Source: Octopus vulgaris (Eukaryota). From it: 64,000 nt of DNA. Each line of letters begins with the position of its first letter. The first letter of the stretch is position 1. Below are positions 29,133 to 43,280 of this stretch, in pieces. Where the stretch lies: positions 21,762,001-21,826,000 of the forward strand of contig OX597836.1 in assembly GCA_951406725.2 (NCBI GenBank), in the 5' to 3' direction. A model generated the notes under the pieces. The model was not told the origin of the DNA, did no database searches, and was given only the letters and a program-made list of their open reading frames with translations. A program made the position numbers and the translations under genes.

Positions 29133-29591
29133 AGAAAGTAAGAAAGAACTTATGAAGAGAAGCAAAGCAAAGAACAAAAAAATTATGAACTAGAGAGTTT
29201 AAAACCAAAATATAATTCATGGGCGATTACTCTTGCTTATCATAAATTATATATTGACCTTACGAACGAGAGTCTGCAAATGTATTCGAACAAAAATGTT
29301 ATAAATTAGGACTTTTATTGCTTTCTTTTTTGTATGTGTGTAAAAGTGTTCATATATATCTAAATGTTCAATGGTAATTGTTGAAATATTTTTATTTCAT
29401 ATAATTTATACGAAGAATGTATTGTTATATATAGTTTGTTCGCCCCCGAATTTATCTCCCTTAGATTATAAAACTGCAAAGATCGTATTTCGTCACTATG
29501 ATCATCCATACTGTGAAAGATTTAAGATTAAAGATCTTCAGGGCGTTACCACCACATTCTGTTTTCAGAATGTATATATATATATATAAAA

Positions 29592-29821
29592 AGGCGGTGA
29601 GCTGGCAGATACATTAGCACGTCGGGCGAAATGCGTAGCCGTATTTCGTCTGCCGTTACGTTCTGAGTTCAAATTCCACCGAGGTCGACCTTGCCTTTCA
29701 TCCTTACGGGATCGATAAATTAAGTACCAGTTACGCACTTGTTCGATATAATCGACTTAATCCGTTTGTCTGTCCTTGTTTGTCCCCTCTGTGTTTAGCC
29801 CCTAGTGGGTAGTAAAAAGAA

Positions 29822-29822
<1 letters not shown>
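29592..29822 (+). mobile_element. SINE family B, full length
   Basis: Homology to 1723-1952; more diverged copies near 6920, 20355, 25730, 26280, 43285, 48310 and 60550. Confidence 0.85.
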
Positions 29823-29876
<54 letters not shown>

Positions 29877-29949
29877 TATGCGTGTGTGTGTGTGTGTGCG
29901 TGTGTGCGTGTGTGTGTTGTGTGTACATATACACACACACATACAGAAA

Positions 29950-30126
29950 GGCTGGTTATATTATAAGAAGTTTGCTTCACAGCCACCTAGTTCTGGGTTC
30001 AGTCCCACTGCGTGGCAGCTTGGGCAAGTGTCTTCTAGTATAGCCGCAGGCCGACCAAAGCCTTGTGAGTGAATTTGGAAACTGAAAGAAACCCGTTGTA
30101 TAATTATATATGCATATATACGAGTA

Positions 30127-30161
<35 letters not shown>

Positions 30162-30186
30162 TTGTGTGTGTATGTGTGTGTGTGTG

Positions 30187-30240
<54 letters not shown>

Positions 30241-30442
30241 TTCCCCACCACCGCTTGACAACCGGTGTTGGTGTGTTTACGTTTCCGTAAGTTAGCGGTG
30301 CCGCAAAAAAGACTAATAGAATAAATACCAGGCTTAACGAAAAGTTATGTACTGGGGGTCGATTCATTCGGCTAAAAATTATTCAGGAAGGTGCACCAGA
30401 ATGGCCGCAGTCTAATGACTAAAACAAGTAAAAGATAAAAGA
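29950..30442 (+). mobile_element. SINE family A, diverged, expanded internal (TG)n
   Basis: Homology to family A halves. Confidence 0.8.
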
Positions 30443-30465
30443 TTTACATAATATATTTATTGATT

Positions 30466-30635
<170 letters not shown>

Positions 30636-30640
30636 TATAT

Positions 30641-30796
30641 AGGCGCACGAGTAGCTGTGTGGTAAGTAACTTGCTTACCAACCACATAGTTTCCGGTTCA
30701 GTCCCACTGCGTGGCACCTTGGGCAAGTGTCTTCTACTATATCATCGGGCCGACCAAAGCCTTGTGAGTGGATTTGGTAGAAGAAAACTGAAAGAA
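30641..30796 (+). mobile_element. SINE family A 5' half
   Basis: Homology ends just before the internal microsatellite position. Confidence 0.8.
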
Positions 30797-31099
30797 TTGT
30801 TTACACTATAACGTGGTATATAAATATCGGCTCATAACTCTACTTTCCCACCACACAAGGGTTAACATTAGGGGTACTGTTGATTCCAAGCGTCACTACT
30901 GGGTTCACCTATGCTCATTTACAATGGAGCCGTTAAGCTCTCTACTTTCCTATTTACATATATACACCACCACAAGTCCCGGTGTATTCCCTATACCTTG
31001 TCCTGGCCCCCAGTTGATGAGGTTACCCTATACAGCGCTAATCATCGCAGGCAATCTATCGATACTCTACGCCATTATAATAGGTTTTCACCAAATTCA

Positions 31100-33711
31100 G
31101 CTACTTAAAAAGCCTTAAGTTTGACAACACTATCAAACCAACAAAAATTCGAAAATTAAAGAAAAAATATAATATGAAAACCATACTTGACATCGATGCT
31201 ACCATAGAAGCTATCAAGCAAAAGGTATATACTAAGGCTGCCCACATAACACGGTATGAAAAGTGTGTTAGATTTTTCAAAGACAACAACATGTTTTAAA
31301 ATAACCCCAAAAATTCTTACAGGAAGATAGGGAAAATACCTGTTACAGTAAAGTCTGTCCTATCAAAAGATGTGCAGGAATTTTGGAATAAAATTTGGGC
31401 AGAAGAAAAAACACAATAAAAAGGCCCTTTGGGTTGATAGAATATTTACTGACTTAGACTCCTTAGAAGAGCAAAAGTGGGAGGGTATCAAGGTAGAGGA
31501 TGTAAGATCTGCTCTCAGGATGGCAAGCAAATGGAAGTCTCCAGGAAAGGATAAAATTTCTAACTTCTGGTTGAATGCCTTCCCAGAGAGCCATGGACTG
31601 CTAACAAAACTTTACAACAATGCTTTGCAACAACCTAGTATGATTCCCTCTTAGCTAGTTAATGGTGTTACATTCCTACTTCCAAAAAATGAAGAAACAA
31701 ATGAACCAAAAAAATTATAGACCCATAACTTGTTTGACAACAATGTAAAAAATACTAACATCTGTCGTGATTTAATATACCTATAGTTTTTCAATACAAA
31801 GTGGTATATTCCCTAATGAGCAAAAACGATGTAAGCGTGGGTCCTATGGTTGTAAAGAACAGCTACTCATCAGTAACATAATCTTGGAAGATAGTCACAA
31901 ACAGTGCAAAAACTTATCGATAGCTTGTGTTGACTATAAAAAAATTTTTGATAGTCTACCACATAGCTGGATTAAGAAATGTCTGGAAATGTATAAAATA
32001 GCATTTCCTCTGCGAAACTTCTTGTCTGTAAGTATGAGATCATGGAGAACCGCACTGACTTTGAACAGTGATAATGCATCTCTCAATGCTGGAGATGCAA
32101 AAATTTCATGTGGCATTTTCCAGGGTGACTCTCTATCACTACTCCTCTTTTGTCTAGCTTTAATATCTCTCTCGAAATTGCTCGATGAAGTACAATGTGG
32201 CTATAAAATGTTTGATAAAAATATAAATCATCTCTTTTACATCGATGATTTAAAACTCTTTGCAAAAAATGACCAACAACTACAGGCTTACTAGCAATTC
32301 TTAAACAATTCAGTAATGACATCAGGATGCAATTTGGTCTCGATAAATGTACAAAAGCTACCTTTATCAAAGGAAAAATGACAGAAACATCCAGCGCTAA
32401 TCTTAACCAGCATAATGTTATAAAGGAGTTAGAACCAGCGGAGAGCTATAAAAACCTAGGAGTATTTGAAGGTTATGGGGTCCAACATTCAGTGATGAGG
32501 GAAAGGGCACGGCAGAGCTGAATGCAAGAAACAGGATTGAAGCGATCAATAGTTTGGCCATACCGGTCGTGTCTTACAGTTTCAATATCATTAACTGGTC
32601 AAAATACTGAAATACGTAATCTTAACAGAAAAATACGAAAATTGTTGACAATGCATAGAATGCACCACCCTAAGGCAGATATAGAAAGACTTTACCTGCC
32701 AAGAAAAGAGGGTAGCCGTGGACTTTTACAACTGGAATTAACAATGAAGATTGCCCCAATTGGCCCAAACACCTACCTGAAAAACTCTGATGGCTGGGTG
32801 TTAAAACTTGTCTTAAAGCATGAAAACAAGAAAGCATTTTACTCAGTAACAAAACAGGCAAAGGAATATCTAAGTGAATTCCAAATACAACAAATCCCAG
32901 AATTAGACGCACTGGAAACAAGCACAGAAAAAGCTAAGCGTGCTAAGACTGCTACTTACTGATAAATGACAAGAAAAACCTCTCAATGGCAAATACCCAA
33001 AGGGGGCTAATGATGCCGATGTTGACAAAACGCTTACACATCAGTGATTAGTGTCTTCTGGCTTAAAATCAGAAACAGAAGGGTTTATCATAGCAACCCA
33101 AGATCAATGCCTACCTACAGGGGACTGCCAGGCCAACATATTAAAGAACAGGCAGTAGCCCAACATGTCGTGTATGTAAACAACAAAATTAAACCATTGA
33201 TCATGTTGTCTCCATGTGCAGTCTTCTTGTGTCTACAGAGTATCTCAACAGGCATGATAGAGCAGCAGAATATATTCACTGGATAATTTGCAAAAACCTG
33301 GACCTGCCCCGTGATAAAAACTGGAGAGAACACAAACCACCTCCAGTGCTTGAGAATGATCACATCTCACTTCTCTTGAACTTCACCGTTCAAATTGACA
33401 GAAAGATAGATGCGAATAGGCCGGACATTATTTTGAAGGACTCCAAACAAAAACAATGCCTCCTCATTGATATGATTGTCCCAATCGACCTACCAAAAAC
33501 TGGGCAAATATAAAGATCTTGAAATAGAAATTGGCAAAATGTGGAACTTCAAGACTAAAACAATACCTTTTGTCATAGGTGCCCTAAGAATGATAGTAAA
33601 AGGGGCAGATTTCTACCTAGCTCAGATACCAGGAAACCCCAAAATGGCAGAAATTCAAAAGATAGTGCTCATGGGAACTGCCCGTATCCTACGTAAAATA
33701 CTGTTTATGTA

Positions 33712-33712
<1 letters not shown>
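31100..33712 (+). mobile_element. decayed R4/Dong-clade non-LTR retrotransposon (RT, CCHC, restriction-like endonuclease)
   Basis: KSPGKD, DYKKIFDSLPHSW, FQGDSLS, NHLFYIDDLKLF, FGLDKC, RLYLPRKEG, CRVC..TIDH..C, RHD, NRPDII..LID, KYKDL; many stops and frameshifts. Confidence 0.92.
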
Positions 33713-33802
<90 letters not shown>

Positions 33803-33805
33803 TGC

Positions 33806-33843
<38 letters not shown>

Positions 33844-34195
33844 TTAACGTCACCACTCACCATTGTCCAATTTCGCGATTTATCCTTCCTCAATCAATAG
33901 TGTATGGGCCATTCAGAAACTGGATCGTTAATAGAACCAATTATTGTTACAGTCACTTATCCGATGGTAGAACGTTCTTTCGAGGTCCTTGTTCCACAGA
34001 TTTGAAGACGTTCGATGTTGTATTGTCATTGGAGTACAAACTTTTGACTCGGCCTCAACTACAAATAATTCTCTGATAGTGATTCAATGGTCTGTTAATC
34101 CACCATGATAAGAGATGGGTAGTTAGGTAGGTGGGTGGTTGGTAAATAGGGGACTTGGTAGATGTTTCGTTTGGTAGGTAGGTAGATAGATAGAT

Positions 34196-34256
<61 letters not shown>

Positions 34257-35294
34257 TGACAGACAGATAGAGAGTAAGATAACGATAATGATAAAGAATG
34301 ATAATATATCAAAATATGGAATTAATTTCGAGGCTCGGTTCTTGACAGGGACAGCATGTTACAGTGTACAATTGTATGTACTTAGTAAGCAGATGATAAC
34401 AAAAAAAACTATGGCTGACACTTAATAAACGTATAAGATTACAGACGATATTCCGAACAGACGACACTTCGTGATGGATGTACAATGTCTGATACTAATC
34501 TAACAGCGCTGTTAGCGTTCCTTTCATTTCATTTTGATTTCATTATTAGATTTTTTTTTTTTGAAAATTATTTATTTGGGGTTATTTCTCTTCTCACGTC
34601 CTGAAATATCGTGTTTTTGAGGTGTTGTTAAGCGGAGGGATGTATGATATATGGTGTTTATAGTGTGTATGTATAGTATGTGTATAGTGTGTAGTGTGTA
34701 GCGTGTGTGTGTGCGTGCGCGTGCGCGTTCGATACGAAAGTGGATGAGAGATGCGAATGCATTGTCCACTGGTTTCACGCTTAGATTAGCCGAGTTGCGG
34801 CGTCTAACTACATGCTGATATCTATTCACTTGAAGCATCTATATACGTACATATATACATGCATGCATGCGCCCATACATACATACATACATACATACAT
34901 ACATACATACATACATACATACATACATACATACATACATACATACATACATACATACATACATGAATACATGAAAATATGTGTACATCGTTTCATGAAT
35001 ACACACATGCAATCACATGCATACATACATGCATATATTCATACGTTCATACACATATATAAACATTCATACATATACACGCATACAAACATACACTCAC
35101 ATGCATACAAACATACATGAATATATATGTACATGTATACCTGAATGCATGTATACATACATGCACTCACATGCGTACATACACACGTGTATACATTCAT
35201 ACAGATACATGCATACATACATACATTCATGCATACATACATTCATTCATGCACACATACATTCATTTATGCATACATGCATACATGTGTACAT

Positions 35295-35683
35295 GGATGG
35301 GGGAAACACTCCGTCGGTACGACGACGAGGGTTCCGGTTGATCCGATCAACGGAACAGCCTGCTCGTGAAATTAACGTGTAAGTGGCTGAGCACTCCACA
35401 GACACGTGTACCCTTAACGTAGTTCTCGGGGATATACAGCGTGACACAGAGAGTGACAAGGCCGGCCCTTTGAAATGCAGGTACAACAGAAACGGGAAGT
35501 AAGAGTGAGAGAAAGTTGTGGTGAAAGAGTACAGCAGGGATCACCACCATCCCCTGCCGGAGCCTCGTGGAGCTTTAGGTGTTTTCGCTCAATAAACACT
35601 CACAACGCCCGGTCTGGGAATCGAAACCGCGATCCTATGACCGCGAGTCCGCTGCCCTAACCACTGGGCCATTGCGCCTCCAC
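35295..35683 (-). mobile_element. SINE family C (OR1-like) with 13-bp TSD
   Basis: TACATGTGTACAT at 35282-35294 and 35684-35696. Confidence 0.88.
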
Positions 35684-35707
35684 TACATGTGTACATACAT
35701 GCATACA

Positions 35708-36080
35708 TAAAGAAAATGTGTACAGTCGTGGAAATCAGCTGCCCAGCGGATGTTAGCATAAAGCAAAAGAGGAGCGAAAAAGAAAATGCCTGCGCTGAAC
35801 TATTGAGAAATCTACAGTTACTCTATCCAGATTACAACTTCATGTTTATACCTGTAATTATTGGGGTACTGGGATATGCAACACACTGGTTAAATACCAA
35901 TCTTGGGAAATTATGCTTCTCGAAACCAAAAAGGAGAAAGCTGATTCGAAGACTACAGATACAAACCATCACTGGAACTGTAAAAATCTGCAAAACTTTC
36001 CAGAAGTTTGTCCTTTAAGTAAACATGAGCATGTCTAAACATGCAACAAAATTCATGACAATATATACATAAAACATAGC
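35708..36080 (+). mobile_element. 3' fragment of a second RLE-type non-LTR retrotransposon
   Basis: CTVVEISCPAD...EKEN...LLRNL...IPVIIGVLG resembles the RLE endonuclease C-terminus. Confidence 0.7.
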
Positions 36081-36220
36081 ATACAAATCTGCATACATAC
36101 ATGGAAGGATTTCCGGTATTGCAATGGATTTAGAAGAGCTTGCAAAACCTTTGAGCAGACCCTGCAGTTTCTGCGTAGGGAAAAGCATCCCTGATATTTA
36201 TTTCAACTATATATAAATAA

Positions 36221-36298
<78 letters not shown>

Positions 36299-36607
36299 GT
36301 GTGTGTGTGTGTGTGTGCCAGACTGACAGATAAAACACACATGCACAAACATGTAAATAATGAAAAAAGAAAGAAGCAAAATTAAGATGACAGGTTAATT
36401 TCGGAGATTGTATATCAAACTCAGATATTTTAACTGATTATTTTTCAACGTGATCATACACATGTGTATATGTATGTGTGTATGTATGTATGTATGTATG
36501 TATGTATGTATGTATGTATGTATGTATGTATGTATGTATGTATGTATGTATGTATATGTATATAAAACATGCACACACAGATCTCTCTTTCTTTCTCTTT
36601 CTTTCTT

Positions 36608-36648
<41 letters not shown>

Positions 36649-37749
36649 GTCTCTCTCTCTCTCTCTGTCTCTCTCTCTCTATCTCTGTCTCTCTCTCTCT
36701 CTCTGTCTCTCTCTCTCGTTTATATATATCTATGTTTACTGTGTGTGTAAGTGTCTGCTTCTTTATTTAACTTTAGATGAGTAATTGGTCATGAAATCCG
36801 TGTGGTATCGAATGACAAGATAGAAGAGATATAGACCAGATATATTGTGTACAGCAACAACAAACACAACAACAATTACAACGATAACAACAACCCTGTT
36901 TATTGATTATCTTTTAATGTACTTATCTCTCGACAAAGATATATAATAATGTTATATGATGTGTTAACATGGCCGTTCATGTTTGTCTCCTGATATTTTT
37001 TTAACGATCTTATTACCATAAGGCGCAATCGGGCATGGCTGTGAGGTTAGGAAGATCGTGGTTTCGGTTTCAGTCCCTCTGCGTGGCGCCTTTGGCAAGT
37101 GTGTTTCCTCTTTTATAGCCCCGAGCCACCTCAGAATGCCTTGCGAGTGAATTCGGTAGACAGAGCCAATCAATACCCATTGATCAATCGCCCAACTATT
37201 CCTGTCGGAGTTCACCTCCTCCTCCTCCTCCTCCTCCTCATCATCCTCATCATCATCATCATCATCATCAAGAAAAGCAATAACTACAACATTATACCCG
37301 CCGTTTTCAACCACCACTACCACCACCACCACCACCATCAACAACAACAACAAGATCACCATTACCACTAACATCACCAACACCATCACTCTCATAATTC
37401 TTGATCATCACTATAAACACCACCATCATCATTTATTGTCCATCATCATCAGCATCATAATCAACAACAACAACAGCAAGCAACAGCAGCAGCAACAACA
37501 ACAACAACAACAACTTCTAGTTTGTGTAAGAAATACATCGAGTTAAGTTAAAAGTGACTTTGCATGTTTTAGCAGGGACATGGCAACTATTGATAGTAAC
37601 AAGCAGGACACGACCGATGGCAGACGATAGGATTTTGTCGTCTGCTTCTTTGAATGTCTCCGTCTGTACGAACACCCAGTCGTCTGGTGTCTGGTCGTCT
37701 GTCTGCACTAAGGTTCTTGCTTATATGTACGTGCGTGTGTGACGGAGGG

Positions 37750-37798
<49 letters not shown>

Positions 37799-37974
37799 AC
37801 GCGCGTGTGTGTATATTTGTAATGTATTTATATATATATTCTTCTATTCTTTTATTTGTTTCAGTCATTTGACTGTGGCCATGCTGGAGCACCGCCTATA
37901 GTCTAACAAATGGACCCCAGGACATATTCTTTGTGAGCCTAGTACTTATTCTATCGGTCATTTTATATATGTGT

Positions 37975-38005
<31 letters not shown>

Positions 38006-38099
38006 GCATATAAGGAGATATATATATACATACATGCATATAAGGATATATATATATACATACATGCATATAAGGATATATATATATATATATATATAA

Positions 38100-38135
<36 letters not shown>

Positions 38136-38365
38136 TTGTGTGTGTGTATGTTTTTATATTTATATGCATATATATTCTTTTGCAGGGATACATTATTTTG
38201 TGCCAACACATAAATAATGCGGTTTTTTTCAATTGCTTGAACTAAAAGTCGGGGTGGGGGATAAACTACCTGCATCAATTTGTTATAAAGGCATGTAGTA
38301 ATTTTACCTTGTACTTAATTTTAGTGCAAGTTCGATTTTAGCAGTTCGATTTTTTCTTAGCTATA

Positions 38366-38585
38366 ATGGAGGTAACAAAATGCGTCATAGTTCGCTTCAT
38401 GAGTTCAATAGAGGCAACAACGCAACCGAAAATGCGAGGAATATTAATGTAAGATACGGGTATCGGACAATAAGTGTAAGCCAGTGTCAACGCTGATTCC
38501 AGAAATCCAAGCTGGAAACTACAGCTTAGAAGACTAGCCTCGTCCTGGAAAAACTGTAGAGCCCAACAAGGACGTCCTGAAAAAC
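38366..38585 (+). mobile_element. mariner transposase N-terminal (HTH) remnant
   Basis: MEVTK..HEFNRGNNATENARNIN..YG..TISVSQCQR*FQK..GNYSLED*PRPG. Confidence 0.8.
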
Positions 38586-38870
38586 CCTTTCTCTAATTCT
38601 CCTCCTCTCCCCTTCACCGTTCCCTCTCTCTCTCTCTTTCTCTCTCACTCACTCACTCTTCCTCCTTAACTCTCTCGTTGCTCACACGTGACCAACGGCT
38701 ATCTATCTTTCTTTCTTCCACTTCCTTCCAAAAGGCAAGACGGGCTTTTGCCTGTCTCTTCTCAAAGCTCGTTTTTTCCAGCGTACACCACTTCGCCTCG
38801 TTGTGGCTTAACAGCCCTCACCATTTGTTTTTACTGTTTTGTTCTTACTGTCCTGTTTTTGTTACCACTC
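38584..38870 (+). repeat. inverted copy of 40369-40637
   Basis: Shared CTCACACGTGACCAACGGCTATCTATC...CTCAAAGCTCGTTTTT...CTTAACAGCCCTCACC. Confidence 0.88.
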
Positions 38871-39755
38871 TAAGTTCCCCCACGCCACCATCACCCACAA
38901 AGAAAATCACCAGCCCCCTCCTCCCCCCGTTGTTTACTCGTGGATATGTATGATAGTGTATTTTGGGGGAGTTTAGATGGGTTTTATTTTTTGATTTCCA
39001 AAATTATTGTCGAGCGAAAACTCCTGTTATTATCATCCTTATCACCTTCATCATCTTTGTCATCGTCGTCATCCTCCTCCTCCTCTTCCTCCTCCTCCTC
39101 CTCATCATCATCATCATCACCTTCATCTTCTTCATCATCATCATCACCATCAGTCTCCTCCGCCTTGTCTTCTTCCTCATCATCAGCTTCTTCCTCCTCA
39201 TCATAATCGTAATCATCACCATCGTCATCACCCTCGTCACCACCACCATCATCATCACCATCTTATGTTGTCTTTGTTATCCGCCGCTGAAGTTGTCATG
39301 GTGTCTGTTATTATTATTATTATTATTGTTGTTGTTGTTGTTGTTGTTGTTGTTCTGGTTGTTCTTGTCAGTATCGTTGGTTAATAATTCACCCACCTCA
39401 CCTACTTCTTCACGCACCTACTCTACACCACGTCCAGTGATTCTGGTACAATATTTATTGGTCCATTATCGATCTTATACGGGAGAGGGAGTGAGGGGAG
39501 TTCACTTTCTGGAGTTCATTAAACTAAATGAGTTTCAACACTGGCTCTTTACGTCTCCCACCACTACCACCACCAACACCACCACCGTCATCACCGTCGC
39601 CGCCACAACCAACACCGCCACTGCAACAAGCACCACAACTCCCGACCTCTACACTCCCACCTGTTCTATATAAGGTTGTATAGTACAGATATAATTTTGT
39701 TCCCCACTGATAAAATATGATAGATGAAGCAATATAACTTCCTCTCCGTCTCTCC

Positions 39756-39786
<31 letters not shown>

Positions 39787-40109
39787 CTATAGGCGCAGGC
39801 GTGGCTGTGTGGTAAGAAGCTTGCTTCCCAACCACATGGCGCCAGGTTCAGTCCCAGGGCAAGTGTCTTCTACTATAGCCTCGGGCCGACCAAAGCCTTG
39901 TGAATGGATCTAGTAGACTCTTACCTGAGGATGTACCTTAAGAATGTAAAAATATAAGACAAAGCTATGTAGGCCTATAGGCTGACTTACGACCGAATCG
40001 ACTTACGACCAGTCAGTCGGAACCAGTTATGGTCGTATATATATATATATATATGCATATATACATACATATATGTACATACCTACATATATATGTATAT
40101 ATACATGCA

Positions 40110-40680
40110 TACAGGACATTAAAAATACGTCATCAAAATAAGAAACGAGAACATGAAAAACAAAAACATAGAAAGCGAACTTTTTTCGAACAACGAAAGA
40201 AACAAATAGAGAAACGAGACAAACAACATAAAGAACATTCCCTTCATCAGTTGTCCCCTATTTTTTCTATTCTGCGTTTCGAAGGAAGAGACAAGACGCT
40301 ACTTCGTTAAAACAGTCCTTCCCGCAAAGCAAATTAAATAAAATTTGGGATTTTTTGCGGAGAGTGAAAGCGGTAACAAAAGCAGGGCAGAAAGAACAAA
40401 ACAGTAAAAACAAAAGGTGAGGGCTGTTAAGCCATAACGAGGTGAAGTGGTGAACGCTGGAAAAACGAGCTTTGAGAAGAGACAGGCAAAAGCACGTCTT
40501 GTCTTCAGGAAGGAAGTGGAAGAAAGAAAGATAGATAGCCGTTGGTCACGTGTGAGCAACGAGAGAGTCAAAGAAGAAGAGTGAAAGAGAGAGAGAGAGA
40601 ACGGTGAAGGGGAGAGGAGAAGAATTAAAGAAAGGGTGGGAGAGAAAAACAGAAAGGAAGAAGAACAAGAGAGGGAAATA
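40110..40680 (-). mobile_element. interspersed repeat carrying a permuted hammerhead (putative Penelope-type LTR)
   Basis: 3' part homologous to 56700-56970; includes upstream hairpin, ribozyme motif and U-rich tail. Confidence 0.6.
40238..40299 (-). ncRNA. non-circularly permuted hammerhead ribozyme motif (copy 1, core intact)
   Basis: Minus: GCGTC-TTGTCTC-TTCCTTC-GAAACGC-16 nt-GGGACAA-CTGATGA-AGGGAA. Confidence 0.7.
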
Positions 40681-41024
40681 GATAGAAAAAATAGAGATAG
40701 AATAACAGTGCGCATTGTAATTAAGATAAAACTTATTTGGAAATGGATGCGTGGCGTTCGATCATATAATAATATAAATGATATACATATATTTAAATAC
40801 ACACATATATATGGGTAATTGTGCTCGTCTCTTCCACTGTATGACAACTGCTGTTCGTTTGTTTACGTCCCTACGTCGCTATAACTTAGCAAGCCACAAA
40901 AAAAGAGCAGGTATAAATAAATAAAATTTAAATAGTGAAATCGATTTGTTTCGACTAAACCCTTTCAAAACTTTGCCTCTAGGGTGGCCTAAGACAATGA
41001 CTAAAACAAGGCACACAAAAATAA

Positions 41025-41040
41025 CAACAACAACAACAAC

Positions 41041-41123
<83 letters not shown>

Positions 41124-41134
41124 TGATGATGATG

Positions 41135-41171
<37 letters not shown>

Positions 41172-41182
41172 TGATGATGATG

Positions 41183-41255
<73 letters not shown>
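41025..41255. repeat. (AAT)n/(GAT)n microsatellite
   Basis: Direct observation; similar block at 62418-62815. Confidence 0.95.
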
Positions 41256-41259
<4 letters not shown>

Positions 41260-41578
41260 CAGAGACCATTTTACCTTCTCTTTCACTTTTGACTAACAAA
41301 TCTTGCTTTGTCTATCGCCATATTGTGGTAACCGAATGATGAACACATCACAGCGGTAGATTCAACCCCGTTTCTTAATTAACTGAAGCTATAATATTCC
41401 TGTCTATCAAAATATTTTTATATTATCAGTTTATTCCATCAGCTCGTTTATATCATCATTTACGTCTATCTACCTGTCTGTCTGTCTGTCTGTTTGTCTG
41501 TGACAGTCTGTCCATGTATTTAAATAGCTATACGTAATTAGGTGTGCATATATGAATACGGGTTTGTGTATCTGAGTG

Positions 41579-41616
<38 letters not shown>

Positions 41617-41654
41617 AGTGTGTGTTTGTATATGTATGTATACATATATGTATA

Positions 41655-41696
<42 letters not shown>

Positions 41697-41743
41697 CATA
41701 CATATATGTATACATACATATACAAACACACACTCGTACATAC

Positions 41744-41792
<49 letters not shown>

Positions 41793-42008
41793 TGTGTTTG
41801 TATGTATGTGTTTATATGTGTGTGTGTATATATATATATGCAAGTGTAAACGTATGCACATGCAAGTGCGTGCGCGCCCACATGGGTGGAGCGTGTACGT
41901 GCGTGATATCCCTATCTTTTAATCTCTCCTCGCTTGTTTCTACTGGAAGGCGCTCCTTCTCCCACACTAACCTTCTCAGCTTCAAATCTCCCCCTCCCTC
42001 TCTCTCCC

Positions 42009-42057
<49 letters not shown>

Positions 42058-42354
42058 TTCTCTCTCTTCTCAATATGGCATTGACGGATTTATTTAACAA
42101 CTTTTAACCTTTCGTTCCGGACAGGAAACTCATTCTGGTCCCATTTCCGGATCATATTTCCGTCTTTTTTTATATTTATTTTCCCTTTTATATGTTTGTT
42201 TGCTAGTTTGTTTGTCTGTTTCTTCCTTCCTTCCTTCCTTCCTTCCTTCCTTCCTTCCTTCCTTCCTTTCTATCTTTCTTTCTTTCTCTTTTCCTCCTTC
42301 TCTCTCTCTCTCTCTCTCTCTCTTCCTTCTTTCTGTCTCTCGCTCTGAAGGTGA

Positions 42355-42684
42355 CTGAAGGGCCGAGAGTTTCGTGTGTTCTGGCGTAGAGACCCTGGTG
42401 CAACTGAAGGAGAACATCAATAGAGAAATCAAAGAAGTGGAGTCTGAAACTCTCGAGGGTGTTATGGTGCAAGTTTTGGAAAGAGCACAGGCGTGCGAAG
42501 TCGAAAATGTCTATCATTTAAGGGATGTCATTTTTCGCATGTGGCGTAATGGTGCTGCAAAATTTGACTTGTGCATATTAATTTCCAATATGTCCTTTAT
42601 ATTGTATCAAAATTTAATGCATTTATTTGTAAATTTAAGGAAGTTATTAAAAATTGAAACGCATCAGTGACTTTTGGAACACCA
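42355..42684 (+). mobile_element. Tc1/mariner transposase C-terminal remnant with 3' TIR
   Basis: ETLVQLKENINREIKEV..L..V...ERAQAC...HLRDVIF; ends TTTTGGAACACCA then TA. Confidence 0.7.
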
Positions 42685-42686
42685 TA

Positions 42687-42731
<45 letters not shown>

Positions 42732-42760
42732 ATACATACACACACACATTCACACACTCA

Positions 42761-42801
<41 letters not shown>

Positions 42802-42891
42802 TCACACATACGGCTACCAGTGCATGACGAGCTGTGTTCCAGTAACGAGCATACGAAAGTTTTAAGTTGCATGGGCCGAATCAAACCGCTA

Positions 42892-42932
<41 letters not shown>

Positions 42933-42934
42933 TA

Positions 42935-43280
42935 ATAAATTCCGAGCAAGAACAGCCAACGAGAGAGAAGAAACCCTACTCCGTGTGGAATTATATGGTC
43001 AGCTCCACCGTGAAACCAACAAATTAAAAGAGCAGGAAGCATCATTGAAGTGCATCAATAAGAGTGACCTCAAAAAGAATACTGGAAGCCTAACCATCGC
43101 GGCGCAGGACCAGGCATTAAAGACCAACTCAGTGATAAAAAATATATACCACACAAGTGCATCGGGCCTCTGAAGAATGTGTGTGAAGAGAATCGAAAGT
43201 ATGACTCACATTGTTAGCGCTTGTGAGTCTTGCGCAGAAAGAGCACAAGCGCAGACACCACAAAGTAGCTGTTTATCTTG
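42935..43280 (+). mobile_element. R4/Dong-like fragment
   Basis: LYGQ...DLKKNTGSLTIAAQDQALKTN...*RMC..ESMTHIVSAC; preceded by (AAT)n. Confidence 0.78.

Noticed and set aside
35600-35683. tRNA genes at SINE heads
   Set aside because: A/B boxes are present but no complete cloverleaf is evident, and the sequence continues into SINE bodies with TSDs.
37517-37760. Possible exon in unique-looking sequence
   Set aside because: The acceptor is made from a (CA)n tract, no clear donor, and no recognisable protein.
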